This document shows, one piece after another, positions 50,555 to 62,703 of a stretch of 64,000 nt of DNA. Position 1 is the first letter of the stretch. The number at the start of each line of letters is the position of its first letter. A program made the translations under genes and the position numbers. A model generated the notes under the pieces. It was given only the letters and a program-made list of their open reading frames with translations, was not told the origin of the DNA and made no database searches. This DNA comes from Fonticula alba ATCC 38817 (taxonomy: Eukaryota; Protista; Nucleariida). The stretch lies in NCBI GenBank assembly GCA_000388065.2, contig KB932208.1; one strand, given 5' to 3'.

Positions 50555-53500
50555 TCAGGCCGAAACGACGTCGTCCGTGCGCTGGCGCTTGTGCCGGCGA
50601 ACCGGCCACAAGTCGTCGTCGTCCTCGTCATCGCTGCTGGACGCGGGCCGCACCAGTCCGACGCCCGGCGCCGGCGGCGCATCCCCGCCAGCCAGATCCG
50701 GCAGCAGGGGGCCCAGGCCCGCCTCGGGGGTGCTGGCCGCCGCCGCCGCCGCCTCGGGCGCCATCGCTGCCACACTGTCATCATCATCATCGTCATCATC
50801 ATCGCCGCCGTCATTGTCGTTGTCGTCGTCGTCGTCGTCGTTGTTGTCGTCGTCGTCGTCGTCGTTGCCATCACCATCATCGTCGTCGTCATCGTCATCA
50901 CCGATATCCTCATCCAGCCCGTGCTGCCCGGGCGGCGAGTCGTCCTGCAGCGAAGAGAAGTAGTCCGCGTCCGAGGTCCCATGGCCCAGGCCGTCCACCG
51001 GCAAGAGCCCCTCCTCATGCAGGGACTCGATGGTCACGGCCGACGAGGAGCTACACGCACATACACAAAGTCAGTCACAGGGGAGCTCCCCCACCGCCGG
51101 TCGTCGATGGCCGTGGCCCACCCTCGCCGTCTCTCCTGCCCCCCCTCCCCCCCCCCCCTGGCACCAACACAAAAAGGCAAACACACAAATGGCCCGCCTC
51201 CGCGCGGAGCACGCACCCGACACCGGGGAAGCTCGAGCCATTGCTCCCCAGCAGGCCCCCGGTCACGGCCAGATGCCCACGGCGAACCTTGGAGTCGAAG
51301 TCCGCCAGCAGCTTGGCCAAGATCTGACACTGGTCCAACAGCAGGCCAATCGGCCCGCGCAGGTTGTACGTATGCCGCCGGCGCCGATGCGAGACCGGCG
51401 ACAGCGTCCCCGCGCGGATTATTTCCACACGCTGGCGCGGCGGCTCGGCCACCGCCTCGTCATCGGCCACCAAGGCCGGGGAGGAGCCCCTGGCACTGGA
51501 GGCCGGGGCCGAGGACGCCGGCGACGAGGCCACCGGCGAGGTGGACCCCGACACCGACTCGTCCATCGCCTCCTCGTCGGCCTCCTCGGCCTCGGTGGCC
51601 GACGACGCTGCCACCGATGCCACCAGCGCATCCAGCAGCGGGCCTGGCAGGTGCGCCCGGCCGCCGGCAGCAGGGCCCCCACTCGGCCCGGCCTCGGATG
51701 CCGCCTCGGCCTCGGCCTCGCCCTCGCCCTCGGCCTCCAGTGCCAGGGGCTCCTCGCCGGTCAGGTCGCCCGGCTGCAGGAACCCACAGTACGAGCGCCA
51801 CTCGGCCTCAATGGCCTCGATGGCCGGCGCCAGCGTCTCGCCCAGCAGGGCAAAGCTCCGCGCCAAATTCACCGTCGACAGCTCCAAGACCGCGCCATCC
51901 GACGGGAAGTCCCCGCCGCCGGGGCCCGGGTCGAAGGCCAACGGCCGGCCGCCGGCCGCCGGCTGCACCAGCGACACCGCCCGCTGCAGGACCCCGGTGG
52001 CCCCGGTGGCCGCCCCGGTGATGGCCACCACAAAGTCCAAGGCCGCCGAGTGGACAATATTGTCCCGCATCATGTGCCGGCGCAGGAGCTGCAGCAATGA
52101 CATGATCACCGGCGTCGGGGGGGTGGCCGGCAAGAGGCCGGCGGCCCCGGGGCCCGCCGCCGGCGCGCCCCCCGGGCTGCCGGGGCTGCCACCGGCGCCC
52201 GACGACAGCGAGGAAGATGGCGAAGAAGACCGCGAGGGGGAGGACGAGGAGGTTCCCGGAGACGAAGAGCCCGACGAGCAGGACGGCGACCCGGGCAGGG
52301 ACGACGAGTCGCCGGCCGCCGACCCCGGCGACCGGCCCGCCACCGCCTGCTCCTCCGGCTCCGGCGACGCCGGCCGCACCAGCGGATCATCCTCATCATG
52401 GTCGGCACCGGCGTCCGGGCCGTGGGCGGCCCGGCGCTGCTCGGCCGCCAGCCGCCGCTCGGCCGCCATGGTCACCAACGCCGGCGGGGCCACCGGCAAC
52501 AACAAATGCCGGATGAAGGAGTCACTGCGCATGCTGATCACCGCTCGCAGGAGCCGCACCACGCTCAGCACCAAGTGCGGGCTGGACGCTCGCAGGAGCA
52601 TCGTCAGCGCCGCCTCCGGGCAGGCCAGGACCTCCGGCGTGCCCGACGGGCCATCGGCCCCGGCTGCCGGGTGCAAAATCCCCCGGCCCAGCACCACATG
52701 CGTGGCATACGGATGCTGCTGCACCAGGTACGTCATCAGGTCCAGCAGCACCTGCAGCAGGTGGTTGGCGTCCGGCAATGGCGGCGGCGGCCCGGCCGGA
52801 TCGACGTCCAGCGCCTCGCCCGGGGGCTGGTCCACCGTGGCCGTCGCCGGCCGATGCTCGCCCAGCAGGGCGTCATCCTCGTCGCCGCCGTCGCCGCCAT
52901 CGCCGCCGGCCGCACGCCGGGCCGGCACGCGCAGCAGGGCCTCCTTCGGCCCGAGGCAATCCACCGCCGCGAAGTCCACCAAGCTCGGCAGGGGCAAAAT
53001 CGAATCCGCATAGGCCGACGCCGGCCGGACAATGCACCCCGCCGGCCGGTTGGCCCCGGCGCTGACGACGCCCCGCCGGCGCAGGGCCCGCCGCAGGGCC
53101 GCCGGGTGCTCCACCCCGCGCGCCGGCTCGGCCCCATACCGGGCAAAGGCCGCCGCCGCCGCAAAGCGCAACGGCAGCATCAACTTCTGGGCAAACCCCC
53201 CGCGGAAGAAGATGTCCAGCAGCTCGTCGTGGTCCACCTGCTCTTCGTCCTCGCGCGAGGCCGCCCCCAGCGTGGACATCACCGAGGAGGGATTGTTCAG
53301 CAGGACCTTCAAAATCTCCTGCAGCTGCAGGCGCATGCCGAAGTCCGGCTCGCAGTGCAGCCGGTCCAGCAGCACATCCAGCAGGGTGCTGTGCGCCGAG
53401 CCACGCGGGCGAATCTGCCGCAGGAGCTCCTGGTCGCTGACCTCCGCCTCGAAGTGCGACACGGAGTTGGCCTCGCGAAGCTCGACTAACCCGCGAGCCC

Positions 53501-56500
53501 ACACACATGCGCGGGCGCGCGCGCGGGAACACACAGAGGACGAAGCCCGGAAAGAGAAGCCAGGACAATCGGGGGGGGGGGGGGCAGGTCAGTCGGGGCT
53601 CCAGCGCGTGCCGGCCAAAAGGGAAGAGGGAGGCCATGGTGAAGGGCACAGACACATGGCCCCCCGCCAAAAAAAGGAAAAAGAAAAAAAAAGCCCCGGC
53701 CGCGCCCACTCATGCACGCACAGACCATGTGGGCCCGGATCAGCCCCGGGCGGTAGTCCAGCACCGAGGCCAGGATTTCCAGCGTATCGCGGCGCACGCG
53801 CTCCTCCCGATCCCACAGGGCCCGGGGGAAAACCGCAAAAATGCGCCGACTCTCCAGCATCGAGCCGTAGAATTCATCGCGGGCGCTCTCCTCGAAGTTC
53901 TTCATGTTGCTGCTGAGCTCCCGCAGCAGGGACACCCCCTGGCGGGCCTGGCTGCTGGGCATGCCGCACTGGATCGGCAGCCCGGCATACTCCGGCACCT
54001 CGACACCGCCCTGCGTCAGGGTGATCAAATCAAAGAGGGCCCCCATGTAGGCCGGGTTGTTGACCAGGCTGAAGGTGATCCGCCGCTGGTTGGTGAAGGC
54101 CACGCCGAACAGCTGCCGCGACACGAAGTCGTCGCTGCCCGGCGGGATGGCCGGCGGCTCGCGGATCTCCAGGCGCGGCATCTCCAGCAGCTCCGGCGCC
54201 AGGGGATAGGCCCCGGAGGCGGGCAGCACCACCGGCATGATGGCACTCGCCAGGTACTGCAGCTGGAAGGCCTGGTGGATGAGCTTCTCCATGTCCGGGA
54301 TGTCATCCAGGGGCACCGGCTGCAGGAAGCGCCCCGGCGACTGGAGGAACTCCCGGTACGTGGTCGCCGGCCCGGTGGGCAGGTAGCTCGACGCGCCGGA
54401 GTGCGATGGGCTGTCGGCCGGGGGGGGGACCGGCGCCAGGACCGGGCCGTCTGATCGCGCACGCATGCACACCACCGGCGTTCGTGGGCGAGAGCAGAGG
54501 CGGAGGGGAGCACCAGCGACAGAGGAGCAGTGGAGAAAAAAAAAAGAGAGAGAAACCGGCACGGAGGAGCAGAAGGCCGGTGGGTCAGTCACATGCAAAA
54601 GAAAGGGGCCAGCCTGGCCGAGGGAAAAAAGAAAAAGGCCCCCGCCCCCGCGGACGCCCCCGGCGACAATGCGCGCGCGCACACTCAAGGATGCCGATGG
54701 TGGCAAGCAGGTTGTCGCCGATGATCTGCTCCAAGATGGCCGAGTCGTTCAGGAAAAACAGGCACCGGACAATGGTATACAGCGCCTGGAGGACATTCGT
54801 GGCGCCGATGTCCTCGGCAAATTCGAAGGTCTGGAAGAGGCTCGGGAAGAAGGTGGCGCTCTGAGGCCGGCATACAGCGAGGGCACAGTGAGAGACCATG
54901 GCACGGCCAGGGTGTGTGTCAGAGCCGACAGCGCGCGAAGCAGCAGAAGAGCCGAGAAAGAGCGACACCCATGGCCAGCCAGCCAGCCAGCCAGCCGCCG
55001 AACCAGCCCCAGGGGAGAGGGGACAGCAAAGAAAAGAGCAGGACCCGCCCCAAGCCGCGGCTCCAGGGGTGCGGGAAAAAAGAAAAAGAAAAAAAGGACG
55101 GAGGGAGAAGGCCAGCCCCCACGTACATGCTTGTGCAGTGCCTGGATGAGCGACTCGCGCGGGGTCATCAGCGAACCGAAGTGGTTGGACTTCACCTGCT
55201 CGACAATCAGATGCGCCGACAGGAAGCGCGCAACCCGGCCGGCCGTGGAGAAGTCCAACTCCAGCGCCGAGGTGTAGGTGGCCGCGCGCAATTGCTCCTG
55301 CTCCTGGCACAACTGGCCCCGGACCAGATTCAGCAAGTCCCAGATCTCGGCGAAATCCTGCGGCGACTGGAAGGACAGGGCCACATCGCGATCGACCCCG
55401 TCGTCCTCCGGCGGCAGGTCGAAGATCCACGAGTAGTCATCCGGCCCCGGGTCATCCGCCGACAGGGAAGGCATGCTGATGGAGGCGCCCCCGAGGCCGG
55501 GGTCGGCCGGCCGCGCCGGCGGCAGGAAGTGGTTCCCCACCGCCCCGGCCGGCGGCTCGCGCCAGATGATCAGCGAATTTTGCTGATGCGAGTAGTCCGT
55601 ATTCGGGGAGATGACCGACCGCAGGAGGATCTCATCCCCGGTGGCCGGGCAGATGGCCATCCCGGTGCCGGGCGACGGGTCCGACGACCCCAGCGCCGGG
55701 GACCCGCCCCCGGTGGCCGGCCGCGGCCGGGTCACCTGGATGTAGTGCCCGCCGGCCGGGGCCGGCGGAATCGAGCCCCCGGCCGCCGCCCCGGGCCCGG
55801 CCGCCGAGCATGAGTACACCCCGATGCCGTGCGCCATCCAGTCCGGCCCGCGCAGCTTGTACACCTTCACCCGGCGACAGGGGGCCGCCGGGGCCACACC
55901 GGCAGCGCCGGTGGCGCCGGTGGTGGCCGCGGCGCCGGTGGCGCCGGTGGCGGCCTTGGCCGCGGCCTCGGCCCCGCTGTCCTCCTCATCACTGGCAGCC
56001 GAGGGGCTGCTGCTGCCGCTGCTGCTGCTGCCGGGATCGGCACCGGGGCCAGGCTCGGCGCTGCCACTATCCGGGTCGCTGCTGGCGCTGGCCGACTCGC
56101 TGCCATCGGCCGGGTGCATGTCGAGATCCTCATCGGCCCCGGCCGTCGGGGTCATGGCCATCGGGCTGCTGGAGGAAGAGCCTACGGGCGGGAGGGTGGC
56201 CATGCGGGGTTAGACAGGGGCCAAGGGGATCCGGAGGGGACCGGACGGGGGGAAAGCCACAGCAGCAAGAGGGGGGCGCGGAGGGACAAAAAAAGCCGCA
56301 GGGAAAGGGCCCAAGCGCACCGGCACTGCCAGGTGTAGTGGCCTCCTCGTCGGTGGAGCAGGCCCCGCCGCCGGAAGCCGACAGCAGGGCACCGAGGGCG
56401 GCCCCGGCTCCGGCGGCCCCGGCGGCGTCCTCATCCGAGTGGTGCATCTCCTCGTCGGTGTCGGCCCCGCCGGGCAGCCCGTCCAGCACCTCGTCAATGA

Positions 56501-56909
56501 GGGCCAGCGTCGAGGCGGCGTCGGCCCCGCCGGCGGTCGGCTGCTCGGCCAGCATGAGTGCCTCGGCACCGGCCTCCGGCGACAGGTGCAGGAGGGCCCC
56601 GGCGCCCTGCTTCAGCAGAGACAGGCTGACGGCCGCCGAGGGGGTGGCCACGTGCACGTGCGGCTTGCCGGCCGGCGAACCGGAGGGCACCTGCGGCGGT
56701 GGCGAGGCGCTGGTGCTGCTTGCCTCGGGGGTTTGCGGCGAGGCGGCCGTCGAGGCCCGGAGAGGGCTGGCCGGGTCGTCGGTGGCGGTGGCGGCGACGG
56801 CGGCGGATGTCCCGGTCACGGCAAGGCCGGCCGGCGGGGCGGGGGAAGGGATGTTGGGGGAAAGAGAGGACGTCTCGCCTGGCCCGGTGGACTCGGCGGG
56901 GGTGCTCAT
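50555..56909 (-). CDS. PPP4R3: Serine/threonine protein phosphatase 4 regulatory subunit 3 (SMEK/PSY2/Falafel family), multi-exon
   Basis: N-terminal EVH1-like motifs RRVKVYKL..W...GIG, ILLRSVISPNTDYSHQQNSLIIW and DVALSFQSPQDFAEIW. SMK-1 region LFQTFEFAED..LYTIVRCLFFLNDSAILEQI, YREFL...F.QPVP....EKLIHQAFQLQYL. Acidic C-terminus ends at the 50555 stop. The 5' end is uncertain (ATG 56909 or 56921, next to a gap). Confidence 0.88.
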
Positions 56910-58118
56910 GGGATGGAACATCAACTTAGTCACTGCCGGAGAAAGGGGAGGACCAGCGCACCCGGACCGAGGAGGGAGAGGCAGGGGGGGNNNNNNNNNN
57001 NNNNNNNNNNNNNNNNNNNNNNNNNNNNNNNNNNNNNNNNNNNNNNNNNNNNNNNNNNNNNNNNNNNNNNNNNNNNNNNNNNNNNNNNNNNNNNNNNNNN
57101 NNNNNNNNNNNNNNNNNNNNNNNNNNNNNNNNNNNNNNNNNNNNNNNNNNNNNNNNNNNNNNNNNNNNNNNNNNNNNNNNNNNNNNNNNNNNNNNNNNNN
57201 NNNNNNNNNNNNNNNNNNNNNNNNNNNNNNNNNNNNNNNNNNNNNNNNNNNNNNNNNNNNNNNNNNNNNNNNNNNNNNNNNNNNNNNNNNNNNNNNNNNN
57301 NNNNNNNNNNNNNNNNNNNNNNNNNNNNNNNNNNNNNNNNNNNNNNNNNNNNNNNNNNNNNNNNNNNNNNNNNNNNNNNNNNNNNNNNNNNNNNNNNNNN
57401 NNNNNNNNNNNNNNNNNNNNNNNGGGGGTGTCAATAGTGGCCACAGGGCGCGCGGGGAGGCGAGAAAAAGAAAGAGAGAGAGAGAGAGAGAGAGTGACCG
57501 AGGGTCGAGGGGCGCACAGCGAGGCTCCGGAAGTTTCTGAGAGCAGGGGCGCAGCTGGCTAGCGGGGACTCGGCTGCATGGGCAAGTGGCTGTCGGGTGC
57601 GGGGGCGAGGGTGGGAGAGGGAGAAAAACAGGCGTGGGTGTGGGGGTGTGGGCGTGGGTGCGTGTGGGTGCGCGTGTGGGTGTGTATGGGTGTGTGCGGG
57701 GGGGAGAGGAAGGAGGCAGAGGGGGAGAGGGGAAATTCTTCTCTCCAAGGGTTGGGCTGAGTGGGGCCTGGGGCGCATCTAGCGGGGGGTGCGGCGCTTT
57801 TTTCTCCCGCGCTCCTGGCCGCGGGGGAGGCCCGGGCCGGGAGGCGAACGGCGTCCGGACCCCGCGCGCCCCCGCCCCCGCCCCCGCCCCCGCCCCAGAC
57901 CCCGAACACGGACAGCGCGGGGAAGGGCGCGCTCCCGCGCAGCCGGGAAACACGCGCCTGCCCCGGGGGAAGAACGGGCGCGCAACCGCCGACCCATCAT
58001 CAGTTGGCTCCCGCCTGCTGCCGCCTGCCGGTGTGTCCCCCCCCCCCCCGGGCCACATGAGTGATTGTCCGTTTCACCCCCCGGGGGGCTAGCGGTGCCG
58101 GCGGCAGCAGTCGGGGAC

Positions 58119-58122
<4 letters not shown>

Positions 58123-58188
<66 letters not shown>
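58123..58188. repeat. 66-nt poly-G tract
   Basis: Uninterrupted G run. Confidence 0.9.
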
Positions 58189-58190
<2 letters not shown>

Positions 58191-59769
58191 GCGCCGGCAA
58201 GCCGCCCGGCGGCCGCCGGGGCGGACACATCGACGCCTGCTGACCACCCTCGCCCGGCGGCGGCGGCAGCACGCCGGTGCCTCTGCAGGGGCCACCCGGC
58301 GGTGGCAGAGCCCCCCACGCAGTGACACCCGCCAGCTGCCATGGGAGAGACGCTCCCGCGCCCCCCCCCCTCCCCCGGGGGGGGGACGTGGCCGTTTTTA
58401 CCGGCGAGCGCGGGCAAAAATGAGCCGGCCCGGGCCCCGGAGCTGGCCCGGCCGGGGGCTGGAGCCTGCCGATGATCGTCGGCACCGTTCCCACCGGCAC
58501 CCAGCCCGCCGCGCCCCCCTGGCCCCCCCGGCCGCCGGTGCTCTCTCTCCCCCTCTCGCTCTCTCGCCCTCTCGCCCTCTCGCCCTCTCGCCCTCTCGCT
58601 CTCACGCACTCGGCCCCCACACACATACCCAGGGCGCACCAGAGCACCCTGGGCGAGTTGAGCCGCTACCAGGAAACGACCCGGGCCGACCGGGCCCCGG
58701 CACGCCAGGCGGCCCGACGTCCGGGCCGTGTGTGCGCGCGCTCGCAGAGAAATTCACCCCGCCACGATGTTGGTTGGTATTTGCCGATATGGGGAGCCGA
58801 AAATGGCGCGCGCGCGGCCGCCGGCGCGTGAAGGCCCCGCCCGGGCTCCTCGGGAGCGCCCGAATGCGCCCACAACCCGTGGCGGCCCGCTGGCGCACGT
58901 TTTCCGTGGCGCGCCCGCGCAGGGCGGGCCCCGGTGGAGGCCGCGGCGGACGGCCAAGAGCGCCCTGCCCATGCCCCGGCCCACGCACGCGCGTACGCAC
59001 GCGCGTACGCACGCACGTACGCACGCACGCACGCACACACCCACCGGCCGCACACTGGCGCCCCCCCCCCCGTCGGCGGCGGGCCGGGCCCAGCCCGAGA
59101 GAGAGAGAGACGCGCCGGCGCGGCTTTGCGCCCCCAGGCAGCCCCTCCCACAGCGCGACCGGCCGGCCGCGCCGATGGACAGCAAGCCGGGGGGCCACCA
59201 CCCGGAAGGAAGAAAAAAGACCCATTCAATATCCCCACTTGATATACCTCGCCCGGGGGAAGGGCGGCCCGCGCATAGCCCCACCCCCCGATCATCACGC
59301 GGGGCCGGAAAACAAACAATACACCCTCCCATACCCGCCGGGGCGGGCGGTTCCCGCGCGTCCGTTCCCCGCGCGCGCGCGCGCGCCCCACCCCGTGTAT
59401 GTGCGGCACGCACGACACCCAACGCCCTTGACCCACGCCGCAAGGCCCAGGGACGTGTGTGTGTGCATCGCGGGCGCGCCGCCCGTCCTGCCGCCCGGCC
59501 CGCCGCCCTGCACTCTGCCCCCAGGGCGCATGCGCGGGGGGGGGGGGGGGGGACGCCGGCTCCGTTGGCGCGCCACGTCGGGCGGGGCGCACGTGTGCCT
59601 CGGCACGTGCGCAGGCATGACCGCAGGGGGCGGAGGCTCGCCGCCATTTCGGCCAGCCGCACGGGACCCCCCGGCCCCATGACCAAAACACCCCCCCGCC
59701 ACCTACGCGCACAAAGCAGCATCCGCCCGCCACACAGCACAGACAAGCAGGTCCATTTGCCCCCGCGCC

Positions 59770-62102
59770 TCACGGGTAGACATGGGCCAGGGCCTCCGCC
59801 AGCCGGCGCCCGAGGACCGTGTGCTCCGGCCGGGCACCGGCCACCGGGCCGGCCGCCGCGCGCAAGAGCTCCGCCACCGGATGCCAGTGCCACGCCCGCC
59901 CGGGGCGGCCGTTCTCCGGCGCCACGCCATGCCCCTGCTGCAGGGCCCCCAGCCGCAGGACCGCCTGCCAGGCGCCCGGCCAGCTGGCCTCCGCCCCGGG
60001 GAGGATGCCCCGGGCCAGCGACTCGACCAGGTCCTCGGCTAGGCGTCCCTGCTCCAGGCCGACGGCCACGCCAGCCAGGACCCCGGCCAGGGCGACGGCT
60101 GCCTCCGCCGCCTCCGCCGCCGCCTCCGCCGGGCCAAGCCTCAGCAGGTCCCGGGCGCCGGCGACCAGCGCGCCCGCCTCGACGCGCAGCAGGCGCCGAT
60201 CCCGCACGGACACCGCCTCGGACCCCAGGGCGAAGGTCGTGAAGCCCCCGGCCCCCGGGCCCGGCCCGGCCGCCAGGACACACAGCCGCCAGCCCGCAAC
60301 CGAGGCCGCCAGAGGCGGGGCCCCCCGCGTGGAACCGGCCGCCCGGACGCACTTCAGCGCCGACGCATGCCCCGGCTCGTGCTGCTGCCCCAGCAGGGCC
60401 GTCTCGATCTGCCGCAAGGTCCGCCGTCAGCCCGGGCCAGAAGGTGCCCCGGCCGTTGGCCCCGGCCGGGGGAGGAAAGAAAAAGAAAAAAAAAAAAAGA
60501 AAAAGAACGACCAGCAAACCAACACCACCGGAAGCACGCACCTCGATCAGCAGCAGCACGGCCCGCACGCCGGACCCGTCAGACCCCCATCGCAGACTGC
60601 CCAGCGCCGCTGGCACATCATCGGCCGCCGGCCGGAGGGCCGCCCGCAGGCACGCCCACGCCAGCAGCCGGGCCAGCGACAGGAGCAGCCAGCCCGGCCC
60701 GGCGCCCCGTCCCACCGGCCCCGGCTGGCCGAGCCCCGCCGCCAGCAGCAGCCCAGCGCCCTCCAGCAGCCGCGCCGCCACCGGCGCATCGCCCAGCGGC
60801 GCCCCGGCAAAGCGCCCAGCCAGGCCCCCGGTCAACAGCGACCGGTCGGCCTCGGCCTCCAGGCACGCCAGCAGTGGTCCCAGCGGGCCGAGCTTGGCCC
60901 CGGCCATGGCGGCCGCCTTGCCGGGCTTGCCGCCGGCCGCCAGCCAGACGTCGACCGACTCCGGGGTCGGGATCGCCGGCGGGCCGCCACCGGCCCCGGC
61001 GCACACATGCCCCAGCAGAGCCACCCCGGAGGCGGCCAACACCGCCACACCCGAGACCATGTCCCCCGGAGCCGACCGGCCGCCGCCCGGCCGCCGGACC
61101 CGGCCAAAGCCAAATGGCGCCATCAGCCGCAGCAGGGTCAGATGCCGGCCAGCCAGCGAATCCCGCCGGGTGCCCGGCTCCGGCGCCCCCTGCAGGGCCA
61201 GCTCCCCGAGCTGCACGCACGCCAGCATGTGCGCCGCCGCCTCCTGGATGTTCCCCAAGCTGGCGTACTCTGTCGGCGCGCGGGGCACAGCATGTCAGCC
61301 AAAGTGCCCGGCGAAGGAGGCCAAGGGAAAGGACCACGAGCACAGGCGAACAGGTGCCCACCCTTCACGGCGCGGGCGAGACAGAAAAAAAGCAGAGGAA
61401 GAAGAGGGAGAAGGCAGGGGGGAAGCAAGCGGCGATGGCGCACCACGCGCAACCGAAAGCAGGGCCCCGGCCGACTTGTCCAGCCGGCCGCGCCGCTGCT
61501 CGGCACAGGCGGTCCCCAGCACCGTCGGCAGGTGCTCGGTCACCAGCGTCGACACGCGCACCAGCTCGCGCGTGGTGGCTGCCACATTGCGGCCCGGCGC
61601 CGGGGCGCCCGTCGGCCCGGGGCCAAATTGCAGGAAGGCGTCCAGCCGCGCCGGGCTGGCCAGCCACTTTTGCTCGGCGCCCTGGTGGCCGGCCGAGGCC
61701 AGGTGGTTGCGGAAGGTCCCGGCCGTCTTGAAGCGCAGCCCCGCCTCGGCCGCGCCGCGCCCCGACCCGGCCGAGCACATGAAGCACACCAGGTCCCCGA
61801 CCGGCGGCCGGTGCACCGCCGGCGGCAGGACCAGCGCCAGCTCCGGCGCCCGGGCGTCCGGACGCTCGACGTCACTCGCGCGGAAGGCTGTCCCAACGAC
61901 CGTAAGTCACAATGCCCGGCGTGTGGGCCTTCCATCCAGCCACCGGCCAAGAGGCAAAAGGGGAGGATGCCCCACAGGGAGCAGCCCGGCCCCGGGGCTG
62001 GTGTGGGGCCAACAAAAATGCAAGAACAAGGGGCGCACCGCTGTCGGCCAGGCGCCAGAGCCCCGGCTCGGCCACCGGCAGAGGAACCACATACGGCTCC
62101 AT
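59770..62102 (-). CDS. Unknown protein (~620 aa, 4 predicted exons) with an N-terminal U1/matrin-type C2H2 zinc finger and an Ala/Leu-rich helical remainder
   Basis: In-phase splicing (62102-62039, 61887-~61447, ~61278-~60542, ~60409-59770) gives ...GDLVCFMCSAG...FKTAGTFRNHLASAGH... followed by long helical segments. The true 5' end may lie further upstream. Confidence 0.6.
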
Positions 62103-62109
62103 GTGTGCG

Positions 62110-62115
62110 TGTGCC

Positions 62116-62187
<72 letters not shown>

Positions 62188-62190
62188 TGT
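62110..62190. repeat. (GCGT)n tetranucleotide microsatellite
   Basis: Seen directly. Confidence 0.9.
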
Positions 62191-62703
62191 ACGTGTGTAC
62201 GTGTGTATGTCGACTGCGGCACTGACCAACAAACACCCGGAGAAGGGAGGAGGGAAGGGGCGAAATGCGACAGTGGAATGAAAGCAGAGGGCAAGAGGGA
62301 ATGTCGCCTGCGTGGCCACCACTGCATGCCCAGGGAGATCTCCCTCTTGAGTGTGCCCCGTCCCCCCTCCCTCCCTCCACGCCCATTGCTCCGGGGGGGG
62401 CGCCGGGAAACACACAGCGTGGGGCCGATCGCCCGGAGCGTTGGCACATGCGCACACGCGCGCCACGCCGATCTGCCCCGCACCCTTCTTCTCCGCCCCC
62501 GCCCCAGCGCGCGCGCGGGGGCACACGCAGAGGGAAGCGGCACACAGGCGTGCCCTCACTCGCCCGTCCGAATGCGCGGAACGGGGGTATGCCCGGGGAA
62601 TGTGGTGCTTTCGGGAGGATCTATTGGGGGCCAAGCAAGAGGAGGGACACGAACATGGGGGGGGGGGGGGGGGGGGGACAGGGATAGCCGGGGCGCCTTG
62701 GCA

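Noticed and set aside
50770-50900. GAC/GAT trinucleotide run
   Set aside because: It encodes the ordinary poly-Asp acidic tail of PP4R3.
59205-59310. U1 or U3 snRNA-like words on the minus strand (TGATGATCG; TTCCCCCGGGCGAGG)
   Set aside because: No ACTTACCTG 5' end, no Sm site in the right place, no U3 box A/B or terminal CTGA, and the spacing is wrong.
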